Origin: Sporopachydermia quercuum
Taxonomy: Eukaryota
Direction: 5' to 3'
Assembly: GCA_001599295.1 (NCBI GenBank)
Contig: BCGN01000002.1
Coordinates: forward strand, 1,240,001 to 1,304,000
Length of the DNA stretch: 64,000 bases
Shown here in pieces: positions 38,076 through 49,963 of this stretch. The notes beneath the pieces were generated by a model, which saw only the letters and a list, made by a program, of their open reading frames with translations, was not told where the DNA came from and searched no databases. Positions within the stretch are counted from its first letter, which is position 1. The number at the start of each line of letters is the position of its first letter. The position numbers and the translations under genes were made by a program.

Positions 38076-40106
38076 ATGTCATCTTTCAAGCTATTCAACC
38101 TCTCGNATAATGCTACAGTTCATACCCCAGTGATAACCATTCAAGGCCAATATGGGGCATCATCATCATCAAATGGGTTCGTCACTATTTTCCATCATAT
38201 GAATTTATTTCCACCTCAAACTTTTCCTGTGAATCAATCCTACTTCAAATCTTTAGTTCATCTTGNTCCCGGTCACAATAGGCTTATATTCACATTCGGA
38301 ACAACATGGGAATCTTCCTATTATTATGACACTTCTTCCAAAGACAAAAGCTCGGTAATTGATGTGACATATATTCCCTTATTACAGAATCCTCCAATTC
38401 ATCTTTGTTTGATCCTTGGAAAAGATTCGCCAGGAACGTTCGATAGTCCTTCATGGAAAAAGGCAAAAGAACCCAATGATTTGTTTACTGCTGTCAAGAA
38501 ACTACGAATGGCTGGATATTTAATGCAAGCATTCACGAATGAGCAAATGCTCCGTAATGGCATGGGCCATAGAACTTTTAGATTTCTTGAAGAATATACA
38601 AGAGATACTATTTCTAATAGAGATATCCCAAATACTAGAAGAAGTACTATCAAGGTCCATGTTATAAGATCATCTGAAGAAACAGTAGCATCAATAAGAA
38701 ATCCTGATTATGCCCAACAGAACAAATCAGCTAAGAATCCTGGGAAACTATTCGATATTGCAATTAAAGAAGTGAGAAAATATTTTGGTCCTAGTAATTT
38801 ACCTATTCAAACTGCTTGTATTTTCTTAGATGGCCACTGGGATGCGAAAGCTAAGCTAATTACTGGTCATGCTGCTTTAGGAGGTGGTACCAATGAGGTG
38901 AAAATGGCAATATTTGGTTCTCATGGATTATATTCCTGGCCTACTTGCTTTGAAGACGTTCTAACTTGTTTCTCAGACACTACTCCTACTGATACAAGAG
39001 AAGTTGCAAATGATTGTAATGAATGTGGATCTGCATGGGAAACATTGACCGTTACCTTAGGAGCCTTCATGCATGAGATTGGTCATTTGTTAGGTTGTCC
39101 TCACCAACCAAGCGGTGTTATGCTAAGAGATTATGTAAGACTCAATAGATCTTTTTTAGTTTCTGAAGCTTACTGTACAAGAGAAAGACGTCAGGGTAAG
39201 CCTTTAACACTTAGTGAAGATGAATGCTCGTGGCACAGATTAGACATCTTAAGATTTCTTGCTCATGAGTCATTTGCTTTGCCTGATGATGATCCAAATT
39301 TGAGATTACTGCATGATAAACAAATCAGTGCAAAACCTACAGCCTTCCCTTTAAGTGGTCAAAAAGAACCAACCATAGTGTTTAAGTCAGAAACTGGAAT
39401 TTTTTTGATTGAAATAAAAGTGAATGGTACCTGCAGAGGTCATTTGGAGTTTCTACCTACTGCTTTAAAAGGACAAGGTTATCAAAAAGAAGTTATTGTT
39501 TCTGAATCAATTATTCGTAATGCTTTGAGTAAGGAGTACGCTACTACTTCTTCTACTATCTCTTTGCAAGTATTAGCATTAGGATATGAAAGCTATAATG
39601 TCCATGATTTAAGAGCATTTTTATACTCTCTAACCAAAACGGCATTTACTGATACTTTTGGTTATATTGATAATGGTAAATCATTACAAGGGCTACGAAG
39701 TTCACTTGCTGGTGGGAATAATAAATTTGAAGGCTCAGCTACAATCACTTTTAATCCTTTCATGGTGAAAGCTGTTGTTATCTATGCTGGAGCAGCTGTC
39801 GATGGTGTTGAGTTTATTCTAACAACAGGAGAAAAGACTCTATTTGGCAAACGCGGTGGACGTCCTACAACATTTGAATTGAAAGATGGTGAAATCATTG
39901 ATCAGCTCGAGATTCGTAGTGGAGCATGGCTAGATGCAGTGAGAGTCAGAACAAGTTTTGGGAGATATAGCAAGTGGTGTGGTGGTAACGGAGGAGGTGT
40001 GTGTTCGTTTACTCCGCCTGAAGGATATTTGATTGGTGGATTATATGGGCATGTTGATAGATGGTGTATTTCTATTGGAATTGTTTACTTTCAATTAAGC
40101 CAATAG
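38076..40106 (+). CDS. YIL108W-like putative zinc metallopeptidase with C-terminal jacalin-like lectin domain
   Basis: HAALGGG, HEIGHLLGCPH (HExxH), C-terminal GG..G jacalin repeats. Adjacent to PFK26. Confidence 0.88.
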   Translation: MSSFKLFNLSXNATVHTPVITIQGQYGASSSSNGFVTIFHHMNLFPPQTFPVNQSYFKSLVHLXPGHNRLIFTFGTTWESSYYYDTSSKDKSSVIDVTYIPLLQNPPIHLCLILGKDSPGTFDSPSWKKAKEPNDLFTAVKKLRMAGYLMQAFTNEQMLRNGMGHRTFRFLEEYTRDTISNRDIPNTRRSTIKVHVIRSSEETVASIRNPDYAQQNKSAKNPGKLFDIAIKEVRKYFGPSNLPIQTACIFLDGHWDAKAKLITGHAALGGGTNEVKMAIFGSHGLYSWPTCFEDVLTCFSDTTPTDTREVANDCNECGSAWETLTVTLGAFMHEIGHLLGCPHQPSGVMLRDYVRLNRSFLVSEAYCTRERRQGKPLTLSEDECSWHRLDILRFLAHESFALPDDDPNLRLLHDKQISAKPTAFPLSGQKEPTIVFKSETGIFLIEIKVNGTCRGHLEFLPTALKGQGYQKEVIVSESIIRNALSKEYATTSSTISLQVLALGYESYNVHDLRAFLYSLTKTAFTDTFGYIDNGKSLQGLRSSLAGGNNKFEGSATITFNPFMVKAVVIYAGAAVDGVEFILTTGEKTLFGKRGGRPTTFELKDGEIIDQLEIRSGAWLDAVRVRTSFGRYSKWCGGNGGGVCSFTPPEGYLIGGLYGHVDRWCISIGIVYFQLSQ

Positions 40107-40597
40107 GGAAGTTAGCCATGGCATGGGAATTTGGGAGGATGAGGCATTATAACAATGGGCTTTTAAGAAGTATATGATAAACTGTATTGATTCGATTGTT
40201 TGTTAGAATGCATTTAATCTGCATGTTAGCTGCATAAAGCAACGAATTGCCTGATCTCTTGAAGTCTAAGATATTCGATAGCATAAACAATAACAGTAAA
40301 TTGTTTGAATCCGAGGTAATTGGCCATCAACAATGTAAATCCTTAGTTTCCACTTCTATCATCCCCTCATTATGAAAACGGCTTAAGCCTCTTTAAACTG
40401 TGTACATTATGATACTATTTCTAACAGCAACTACAAAATACAATGAAAGTGAATTCCTATAACATTATCTTAGTCATTATTCATCTATTTGCCATTCTCT
40501 CAATTAGCTATGTCCCTCTTCACTATTTCGAGACCATAATTAATCATTATCAGCTATAAATCCATCGAATTTCGTAGTTCTCCAGCCACTATTCATC

Positions 40598-43168
40598 CTA
40601 TTTTCCTAGCCTTGAGAACTTATCTGCCAGAGAATCAACTCCAGGAAAATGATCTCCATGCAAATGATCTCTTACAGTATGAATATTGCTTGTAGGGATA
40701 GCACCAGGAGGCGCTCTTTGAGGTACAGGTAATGGATTCTGCTGCTGCTGTTTCTGCCGTCTCATTATTATGTGATTCATAGCACTACTACTAGGAGATT
40801 TCTTGATCAACGAAGAGTTCGGTGGAGCAGTGGGAATGATAGAATACTGCCTTTCTCTAAAGCTAGTTTCAACCATTTCAACTTTCTTTGAATTCTTCAT
40901 CTTATCAGGATCAACTTTATGGAACCAATCATCTTTCTCATTATATTCATAGATTGTCCAGTCCACACCATACGGTTTTGGCTCCAAAACATAAACTGCA
41001 TGTAAAGGAACATCTAACTCACCAATTGCAGCTCTATTCAAGTTCATGAAATAAGATAGAACAATTCTGGCAACAACTCTATGAGTAATAAGCATTACAT
41101 GATCAGTAGTTCTTTCAATTTCAACGATAACAGGTCTCAATCTGTTGATAACATCCAAGTAAGATTCACCCCCAACTCCAGGATATCTATAGGCGATTTT
41201 ATTATTAATCCGAGCCATGAACTCTTCAGGATGTTGATCTTGGATTTCTTCATAAGTCATGCCTTCATAGCTACCTGCTGACAGTTCATTCAACATACGC
41301 ATTTCTTTAATAAAGTATTTATCTTCATCAAAGTAAGCAGCGGTATCAATTGACCGTTCAAGCATACTTGTCCATATGCAAAAGTTAGGCTCTTGAGGTT
41401 CATTTACTGGTGTACTACTTACTGCGCCTGTCTTTTCATCTCTTCTTCTTAAAATCTTTGTCCTTTCCGTAAATCTTTCTAGTTGACGTTTACGGAATTC
41501 ATGCTTTTCATGATCAACAAATCTAGCTAACGCTTTAGCAAATTTCCTACCGTGTTCAGTTAAAGGTGCATCACCACCAATTCTTCCCATCACGTTATCT
41601 TCACTTTCACCATGTCTCGTTACCCAAATCTGTCTTTCAGCTAAGTTGAAGTTGAATAAGAAGAAAACAGTTTGACCAGACAAGAATCCTTGAATGTTAT
41701 AAGCAACAACTTTCTTGCCTACATCAATCATTTTAACGTACTGGAAGCTTTCTAATTGTTCTTCTTCATCAGCAATCGTTTCATAGACTTTTTCATAGTT
41801 TTTAAGTCGACCACGGAAATCTTTCAATGCCAATTCTGGATCCAATTCTCTATAATCAGGACCACTTAACTTTAAGCGGATATTTTCATCAAGAATTGCT
41901 TTATTTTCACATATTGTTTCTAAAAACAAGACTTTTAACTGTCCTTTACTTCTTTTTTGAATATGTTCATAAACCCAACGTCTTCTTGCCTTTGTTGTAT
42001 TGGTAGCATCAAATATACCAACTGATCCAGATCCATCAAGAACATAGTCNAATAACAAGTCTAATGTTTCTTTAGCCCATTGTTCACGCAAAGTCTTTGA
42101 TTCCGGGTTATTTGGTGAGAAGAAACTTGCTCTATGAGTATTAGATGCCTGAGGTTTAACGTCAACAACAGTTTCTGATTCATGTGCATTAGCTTTTGAT
42201 AATTCTTCATCTTGAAAGGCAATTGGCTTACTAGCAGGACCTAAATTACGTTTCGATGATCTTCTTGTATTCCCCACGTTGAATATTTTACACTCGTGTT
42301 GCAACCAATTGAGATATCGGCATAGTTTGTTGGTAATATATGATTTACCTCTTGCCGGTAAACCAACCATAACGATGACTAATTTACTTCCAACATCATT
42401 TGAAGAGATTGCACCATCAGGGGAAGTTTTGCTCCTTGTTAGACCAGGAACGTCTAAAGTGGTAGCTCTTCGTTTAGCTCTATGAGGTCGTGAAGCATCA
42501 TGTTCTACTACTGTGCTAGCTTTATTGATAGGACTGTTATTTGGTGAATCACTGGATGCGTCTGACTCTTCAATAACAGCTTCTTCGCTTAAAGCACTGT
42601 GTAAGTAAGACTTATCAAGGAAGCCATCATGAGGTTCCATGCTAGGAGAAGGTGCATTTGATGTGATAGGAGTATCCGTAAGAGGTCTGTTATTGAAAGA
42701 AGGAATTTTGGACATAGATGGTGCTTCAATAGTACTTGAAGGATCTTCTTGATTGGACGAAGAAGATGGAGACAGATTATGGAAGTGATCTTGTAAATGA
42801 GGTTGAGGTTGGAATGTTGATCCTTTATCTGACTCAGTGTGGTTAGTATCAGAAGGGGGATCAGTGTTGGATGGAGACCGATTATCGCTGTTAGAACTAG
42901 AAGCGCTGGTATTCTTTCTATTATTATTACTAATAGTCGTAGTAGCGTATGGTCTTGATCTAGCAGCTTGTTGAATAGTGAAATTGGCTTTAAATGTTGG
43001 TTTCTCTGTATTCGGGGCGTTATTTTGATTCTCTGATTCATCTGCTGGTTGCGAGTGAGATTGATCGTTTTGACTGCTTGTGTCGATTGATTGTGAGGGA
43101 GATATCAATGATGAGGCTGTAGATTCCACCTCAGCTAATGACAGTGATTCGTCGTCTGAGGCTGACAT
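40598..43168 (-). CDS. PFK26: 6-phosphofructo-2-kinase (bifunctional-type architecture)
   Basis: [52 protein letters not shown]. Confidence 0.93.
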   Translation of the reverse strand: MSASDDESLSLAEVESTASSLISPSQSIDTSSQNDQSHSQPADESENQNNAPNTEKPTFKANFTIQQAARSRPYATTTISNNNRKNTSASSSNSDNRSPSNTDPPSDTNHTESDKGSTFQPQPHLQDHFHNLSPSSSSNQEDPSSTIEAPSMSKIPSFNNRPLTDTPITSNAPSPSMEPHDGFLDKSYLHSALSEEAVIEESDASSDSPNNSPINKASTVVEHDASRPHRAKRRATTLDVPGLTRSKTSPDGAISSNDVGSKLVIVMVGLPARGKSYITNKLCRYLNWLQHECKIFNVGNTRRSSKRNLGPASKPIAFQDEELSKANAHESETVVDVKPQASNTHRASFFSPNNPESKTLREQWAKETLDLLXDYVLDGSGSVGIFDATNTTKARRRWVYEHIQKRSKGQLKVLFLETICENKAILDENIRLKLSGPDYRELDPELALKDFRGRLKNYEKVYETIADEEEQLESFQYVKMIDVGKKVVAYNIQGFLSGQTVFFLFNFNLAERQIWVTRHGESEDNVMGRIGGDAPLTEHGRKFAKALARFVDHEKHEFRKRQLERFTERTKILRRRDEKTGAVSSTPVNEPQEPNFCIWTSMLERSIDTAAYFDEDKYFIKEMRMLNELSAGSYEGMTYEEIQDQHPEEFMARINNKIAYRYPGVGGESYLDVINRLRPVIVEIERTTDHVMLITHRVVARIVLSYFMNLNRAAIGELDVPLHAVYVLEPKPYGVDWTIYEYNEKDDWFHKVDPDKMKNSKKVEMVETSFRERQYSIIPTAPPNSSLIKKSPSSSAMNHIIMRRQKQQQQNPLPVPQRAPPGAIPTSNIHTVRDHLHGDHFPGVDSLADKFSRLGK

Positions 43169-44778
43169 CTTGAATAAAATGCTTGGTACAAATAATTTAG
43201 ATTAAAAAACTCAGAAAAAATAACAACTTCGCTTTTGTTCTGCTTTGGTTGGTTCTGGTTTCCTTTGTGAATAAGAAACTGGTACCAGCTGCCTGCCTAC
43301 CTTGTCGCCTATACTATAAAGCAGTAATAGGCAATTTAAACGGAAAACTAACTATTTTCGGAGATTCTGAAACTGGTAGTTATATCAAAGTTCACGTTCT
43401 TCGTTTATGCTGAGCTGATTAGACCTGATTGGATTGCAAACTAAGGTTACTTATCAACGCTTCCTAGTTAGGTCACCAATCGGTTAAATAAGCAAGAAGA
43501 AGGAATTGATTATGTACGTTTATGTGATGTTAAAGAAAGAGTGCACTTCAACGAATGAAAAGTAGAAATAATCAATAAGGACAATTCTACTAACCATGAT
43601 ATATTGGTAGATACACTTGCTAATCTAGAAGTTGTATTAACAAAATCAACTGATGCTTCGCCTTTTCTCACTAGTAAGTAAAGTAGAAGACCTGATTACT
43701 ATGAGAGATAAGAATAAATAAACAGCGAACAAAGGAAGCCGTCGAGAAGGGAGATTGTGTTTATGCGGGAATATGCCGAATTAATGTATATAAGCATGAG
43801 ATTTGTTATAGTGAGAATAAGTTGGAAGTTTAATAAGTGACATGTTAAATCATTCTCCAACATTCCGTCAGAATTCGGGGGTCTTGTATAGGGAGAAAAG
43901 GAGAGCATTAAGGAATTTATTATGAATTGAAAAGGATTATTCACTGGAATATTTTTGCATTATATAAGGCACGTATTTGCGGGTTGTTCTATTGATTGTA
44001 GATGGAAATAAGACTGAATGTGTTGGGTAGACAAAATTAGGAAGGAAAATATGCAGAGATATGCGGAAATATGCAGGGTTGGACGTAAAGTTTATATTGT
44101 AATAAACTTTAGTTGGTTATGCCAAGCATTAAACATGGCTGATACCACGTAGAAAGACTGGTTAATCGATCGTCTAATAATAGTGAAAGCTTTGTAACGA
44201 AGAGTAGAAGGTTAAATAGTCAAAATTGAGTAACCGAAGAACTTAAAATTTATAGGGATCAATGAGGTAAAGATACAAGCATAATATAAAAATTTCATCT
44301 GTTCTTCTTTGACATTACACAGTGGGCATTAGCATCTTTATAAGTGAATAAAGAGGATCATCTCTTTGCCTCCTGGCAGCTATTAAGTTCCAACAAATGA
44401 AACTAAATTGATCTTCCCATTAAGAAGTAAATATTACTGTATATTATTCGTTTACAAATTGTTTCAATATTATTTTAACACCGCCATATTCAACCATTTA
44501 TCTCCGATGCTCACCTGAAAAGGAAAGGAACATCCCTTCATTTAAGGTTCGGACCGAGTTCGGGAAATACGTACCTGCATATACTTACAGTACGATACAT
44601 GAGTGATTTCTTTGTTATATCGTATCACATTATCTTGGCTAATGGTCGTAAGTTACGATAAACAACCTAGATATAAGGGAAAAAAAAGTTAAATTAAATT
44701 GAAATCAGATCTAAATATATCACTCTATGTTACACACAAAATTTGCTCGTCTAAGCTGAACAACCAATGATTGTTACT

Positions 44779-45776
44779 CTATTGTAGTAGTCTCATAGTT
44801 AATTCCACAGTAGCAAAAGTACCGGCACTACAGGGAAGTGCTCGAAGTAATGTTGGAACGATTCCTCTCCAGAAACCAATTAAACCATCCGTTTTCCAAG
44901 TTTTAATCATGGCATCTGTTGCGTTCTTATATTTCTTACCAGCACCATCGAATCCATCAGATTGGTACTTGCTCTTTATCACATCCAATGGATAACTACT
45001 CAGCCATAGCGTTTCTCCGGCTAATGCACCAAACAGCATTAATTTCCATGTAGGAACCTCATGTCTCTGTCCTGTTGATTCAAAGTGTGCCAAATTCAAT
45101 TTCATCAAGTATTCATAAGTTAAAAACCATACGCCATAGGCTTGTGCTTCCCTTAAAGCTGTAACAACTGAGCCTCTGAAGAGTCCGCTGAGGCCATGCC
45201 TCTGGTAAATTTTTTTGACGGCATCAGTTGGACCATTGTACAATTTATCCTTTCCTGAAGGCTGTGTCTGTAATAGGATTCTGAGCTGTTCAACTGGTGA
45301 AGATACAACAGTATTAGCCAAACCAGCTATTGCTCCTGCAGCGTATAGTTGAGGGAATGTCAGTTCAGATGACTTGTTATGATCCATGAATCTTCTTTTC
45401 GCTTCATGGAAAGCGGACATTTGAATTGAAACACATGCTCCAACTCCTACTAGTGGTGCAAGTGTTCCTTTATAAAACGCTAATGGACCTTCTCTTGTTA
45501 ATGTGACCCGAAATGCTGTTAACGGTGAATTGAACTGACCTGTTTGCATTCGCACTTTCACCAGGTCAAATGGTTGGCCAACCAACACCTGAACTGCCCC
45601 ACCAACGAAGCCTGCAACCTATTCGATATACACGGTTAGTAACTGACATTAACAGCCATATGTCTCGTGCTCATGTAGAAATGTAACCTTTGTTCTTTTC
45701 ACCAAACTAAACTGAACATGACTTAACATACAGTGTCTTTCACTTTGCGTGAAACGGAATGATCAACGTCCGACAT
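44779..45776 (-). CDS. Mitochondrial carrier, Ymc1/Ymc2-like; exons 45776-45732, 45618-44779
   Basis: Three Px[DE]xx[KR] repeats (QPFDLVKVR, SPVEQLRI, YPLDVIKSK) and AFYKGTLAPLVGVGACVSIQ. Intron GTATGT..TACTAAC..TAG. Confidence 0.88.
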
Positions 45777-46716
45777 TTTGAGCAATATTGTTGCAAATGA
45801 ATATGAATTTCCGGTGACATTATTTTCTGCTAATTTATTCCTTTTAATTGTTTATCTAGCACTTCTGTTAGTTTGCAAAGAAGAACGTCTTTAACGATTG
45901 AATCGTTTCTCAGAGTCTCACATGCAATTTCTGTCAAATTTTCAGATTGCGACAAGTCACTTGATGAGTAACTACATGTGAAATGATGTGGTAATAATCT
46001 GCACTGTCTACCTAGCCATGCATTAAATGTGAAAGAGGGAGAGCAAGTTGTTCTTTGTTACAGTTCATCAGAAAAATACGCAATACATGCAGATATAAAT
46101 ATCTCATTTGTTATAGTCAATTATTACTGTTATTATTTGTAAAGTCAATTTATTTAGCAAGATTACTCGATATTCCAGAATGCGAGCCTCCTGCAACTTC
46201 CTGCATTTGCATTTTATCCGACAAAGTTCATGCACATCACGTGTAAAATGACATATAATCGTAACATCATGTCTCCCTTCATTGTATGCACCCTTATGTA
46301 TAAGTAAGCACACTTTAGACTTTATTTATAAATAGTCAGCCATTTCGATTTGTACCTTGAACGGGCGAAAAGTAAACATTTACGGTTTCAAGTTCAGTTT
46401 TCTTATTAAATGTTCTACTCATCACAGGGAATGCATTTCGTTGCTGATACTTATGATCCTATTCATACTATTAAGCAAGGGAAAAGTATTAGTTGAAGTA
46501 GAGAATTTTAAGTGTTTCTGTTGGATGACCAAGGGTACTGATAGTGGTCAGATACTTTTTTAATTGCTGCAGAGCATAGGTGACGAGAACAGAAGCGATT
46601 TCCCTACTGTCGATATCATTGATCATTTGTTCTAACGTCTCGAAGCGAATAAACAGATTCATTTTTTTTCTTTTATACAATCTTTTTAACAATCTAAGTC
46701 ATAAAACACCTTCAAA

Positions 46717-47538
46717 ATGTCATTTCTACAAAGCTTGTGAGTAATCAATGATGAATATATACAGTGGATGTAAACAGCAAGTTATGACTGTGATGATTAT
46801 CATTACTAACAGCAATACAGAAGCAATACCTACAGAACAACTAAGACCACCAGGTCTTTCAAAAGAAGTAGCACAAGTGACATCAAGCCAACTAGTGCTA
46901 ATGGATATGATGATAACGCTGGAACATCATCAGGCACTGGGAGTAATTCTGGTTTGATTGGTACATCACATAAGGATATCAGAAATTATGCTGAAGCTAT
47001 TTTAGGGTCGAGCTCTTTAGCAGCAGCAGTCAAACTTCCTGAAGGTGAAGATGAATTAGAATGGCAAGCATTACATATTGTTACATTTTATAATCATATT
47101 AATATGTTGTATTCATCGATAACAGAATTCTGCTCACCGGCAACTTGCCCAAGAATGATTGCAACTACAGAATATGAGTATTTATGGCAAGAGGCAAATT
47201 CAAGACCAGTTTCATTATCAGCACCAGAGTACTTTGAACATCTAATGAACTGGGTCCAAAATGTGATTGATGATGAGAATATTTTCCCTCAAAAGAGTGG
47301 AGTTCCTTTCCCCTATACATTCCCAACACTAGCTAAAACAATAATGAAAAGAATGTTCCGTATATATGCTCACATATACTGTCATCATTTTGATCAAATT
47401 ACAGCACTAGGGTTGCAGAAAGATCTGAATACTAGTTTGAAGCACTTCGTTTTATTTTGTAATGAATTCCAGATGATCAATCCAGTTGATTATGGTCCTT
47501 TACAAGATTTGATTCAAGTGTTATTGCAAGAACAATAA
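46717..47538 (+). CDS. MOB1: Dbf2 kinase activator Mob1; exons 46717-46736, 46821-47538
   Basis: MSFLQSL micro-exon, intron GTGAGT..TACTAAC..CAG, then VKLPEGED..EW, EFCSPATCPRM, RMFRIYAHIYCHHF, LNTSLKHF. Confidence 0.95.
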
Positions 47539-48232
47539 GGGTAATGTTAGGTTTGGTATGAAATTAATTATATTATGATAAATCAAGTGATTGTAAGAAT
47601 TGCTATGTTAGACTGTAGATAATGTAGTAATTGGCATTCAGGTATTGTAAAAAGTAAACAGGGGGAATGTTATACAGTATAGAAGGCGATTATATACATT
47701 ATCATCGCACACATATTCATTCAATGCCGATAAGGCTCATTCTCATCTCTAATGACGCGAACTAGAAATAAATATAGTTTTTTCTTGGGTTGTGTATAAA
47801 CTGATATCGATTTCTTCCATGTAGAATTGGAATACCATAGGGCACATGTATTTATAGGGAGTTGCATTCTACATTTCCTTTATTTTATGTTAAATGCGAA
47901 CAAGTGCTGATTAAGTGGGGAAATTTTTCTTTATCTGCTATCACCTTACTAACAACAATATTTAATCAATTCAATTCTTACACGAACCAACTCAATAATG
48001 AGTTACTCCATGTAAGCGTACCATCGACCACGTTCTTTGCCGATCTATTATCAGCACTTAGAACTGCCTGTTGTCCTCTTTAGCTGATTCCCTGTGATCT
48101 TTCGGCAAAAATAGGAGTCATTAAACCGTTTTTCGCACTAATTTCTCTATCTTCAGACGCTTTTATAATTTTGCTCTTTAATGCCTCTTGTTTCTCGCTG
48201 TAATCATTATTTTCCGTAAGGCTTGATTCAAC

Positions 48233-49720
48233 ACTTACAAACCGATATTAACAAACTGGTAAAAGTTTTTCCTGGGTGTTTCCCAATTAAGGGTTTAGTT
48301 TGCATTTAAGTTAAGGTGTTGATGGGCTAGAGCCTCTAGTGAAACTCAAAAGTATTCTCAAGCCCCTCGTGATGATTCATTGCGAGGAAAAATATTTACG
48401 AGCGAAACGTCATTTGAATAGAATATGATATGAGAGAAGAGCTAATAGATTTATTATTGCCTTTACAAATTTTTGGCAGAAAAGGATAGAGATAATTCAC
48501 TTGTGAGGAGAGTTCGATCTTAAGTTTGTTAGTTTGTTTGAAAGTGTGTTGAGATGATTGCCCTAAATGATTTCACTGACAGCTAAGGAGTGTTCCCCTA
48601 TTTCTCTGGTTATAACAAGCCGATTTCGAGCAATCAAAAAGTAGTATTATAATGGTTCGTGCTTGTAGTGAGATACTAGCTGATGGTATTCACAATGATC
48701 TCATTGATAACAATATATATCTATCGGATCAAATGGTTAGTGAGATTGTCCACGGAATTCTACCAAGAATTCTTGAAACTAAATAGTTCAACATTGGGTA
48801 GATTGGATAACATAGATTTTTTAGGTTGATGATGCATAGCCAAGATATGGTAAGGATTGTTTTTCATTGACTCATACAGCTTTCTATGTAGTACTACTTA
48901 TTGTTGTAAAATATTATACCTAGTTATTTAGGTTAAATGTCAATTTATTGCGATTATACCTTCTGTTGCAAAGCTATTGCATGCTGGTTACTCGAAGAAA
49001 ATTACCTGTATGATATAAAATTGATACAAATCAAAGATTTATTTATCCTATTTTACCTCATTAGTAGCTGATTGACTCATTTTGAAGGTTACTTACTGTC
49101 TCTGCTCTTTAACCGAGTTTTCTGAAAATAGTTAGACCTGGTTAGATATAGCGTATGAATCAAACATTAAATATTTTAATTACTACCGGATGATTAAGAA
49201 AGTGTTAGAATAGAAAGCTAGAGCGAGATCCTGTTAGCTTAAATTGCATTACTATCAAAACAACAATCTCGAAAAGTATTCTATATCCAAAATCTCACAA
49301 TGCAACCACATGGATGTTCTACTAATTGAACTCAAATGTCCATATATTTATCTCAATGAAATATAAAAATAGTTCTCCTTTAATAGTTCTCCTTATATTA
49401 CGTACGTGTTGTTGTCAATAACTCCTAACAAATTCATTCATTGCCTTTTTTGCTTTCATTACTATTTATTCTCTTCACTTTTACTCCTCCTTAGTAGTGG
49501 AGATTTATTCATCCATACTGCGCCAAAGGGTCTGAGGGGATTTTAACCTTTTGCAAAACCATCCCAACCCGCTCTTAGATGTTCAAACCCTAAAGTTTGT
49601 TCAAGTTTAGCTTATAACTTTAAATAAAATTCGCATCAAGTACCAAAACTTAGCTGGCAATGCAACAGCAAAAGGTTATTCCCCTCCATCGTTCTCATAT
49701 AAAACTGTTCCATTGCCGCT
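48233..49720 (-). ncRNA. Candidate long structured non-coding RNA (telomerase-RNA-like); boundaries and strand uncertain
   Basis: No credible ORF. 18-bp interrupted stem at 49534-49686, template-like CCCUCAGACCCU (49538-49527), nested long-range complementarity with 48250-48368, and an upstream TATAAA at 49813-49808. Confidence 0.3.
49368..49394 (+). repeat. Direct 13-bp duplication, AATAGTTCTCCTT x2
   Basis: aatagttctcctt t aatagttctcctt. Confidence 0.75.
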
Positions 49721-49963
49721 ACTTCAAACTAAAAATTGCTGAAACGCAAGGAAGAAAGGAAAGTTTTTCATCCTGTTGGATCACGTGTATTGGTATTGAA
49801 ATTATGGTTTATAAGAAAAGCATTCAACTATGAAGAAATAATCATTCATTTCTCTTACTCTTCGTTCGTTTCTATCATTGTATTATTGCGCGTAGAGTCA
49901 TAAAGAATTCGCATTTTTAGATTTGTTGGAAAAATAGCATCGAAGATTGGATTGTTGATCGTA

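Noticed and set aside
44546..44590. GGTTCGGACC/GAGTTCGGG B-box-like and ATACTTAC U1-like words
   Set aside because: No tRNA cloverleaf or A-box, and no U1 stem-loop I or Sm site follows.
47979..48240. Minus-strand reading frame interrupted by one TAA (possible readthrough, frameshift or pseudogene)
   Set aside because: No suitable start codon, no antizyme-like frameshift context and no recognisable homology.
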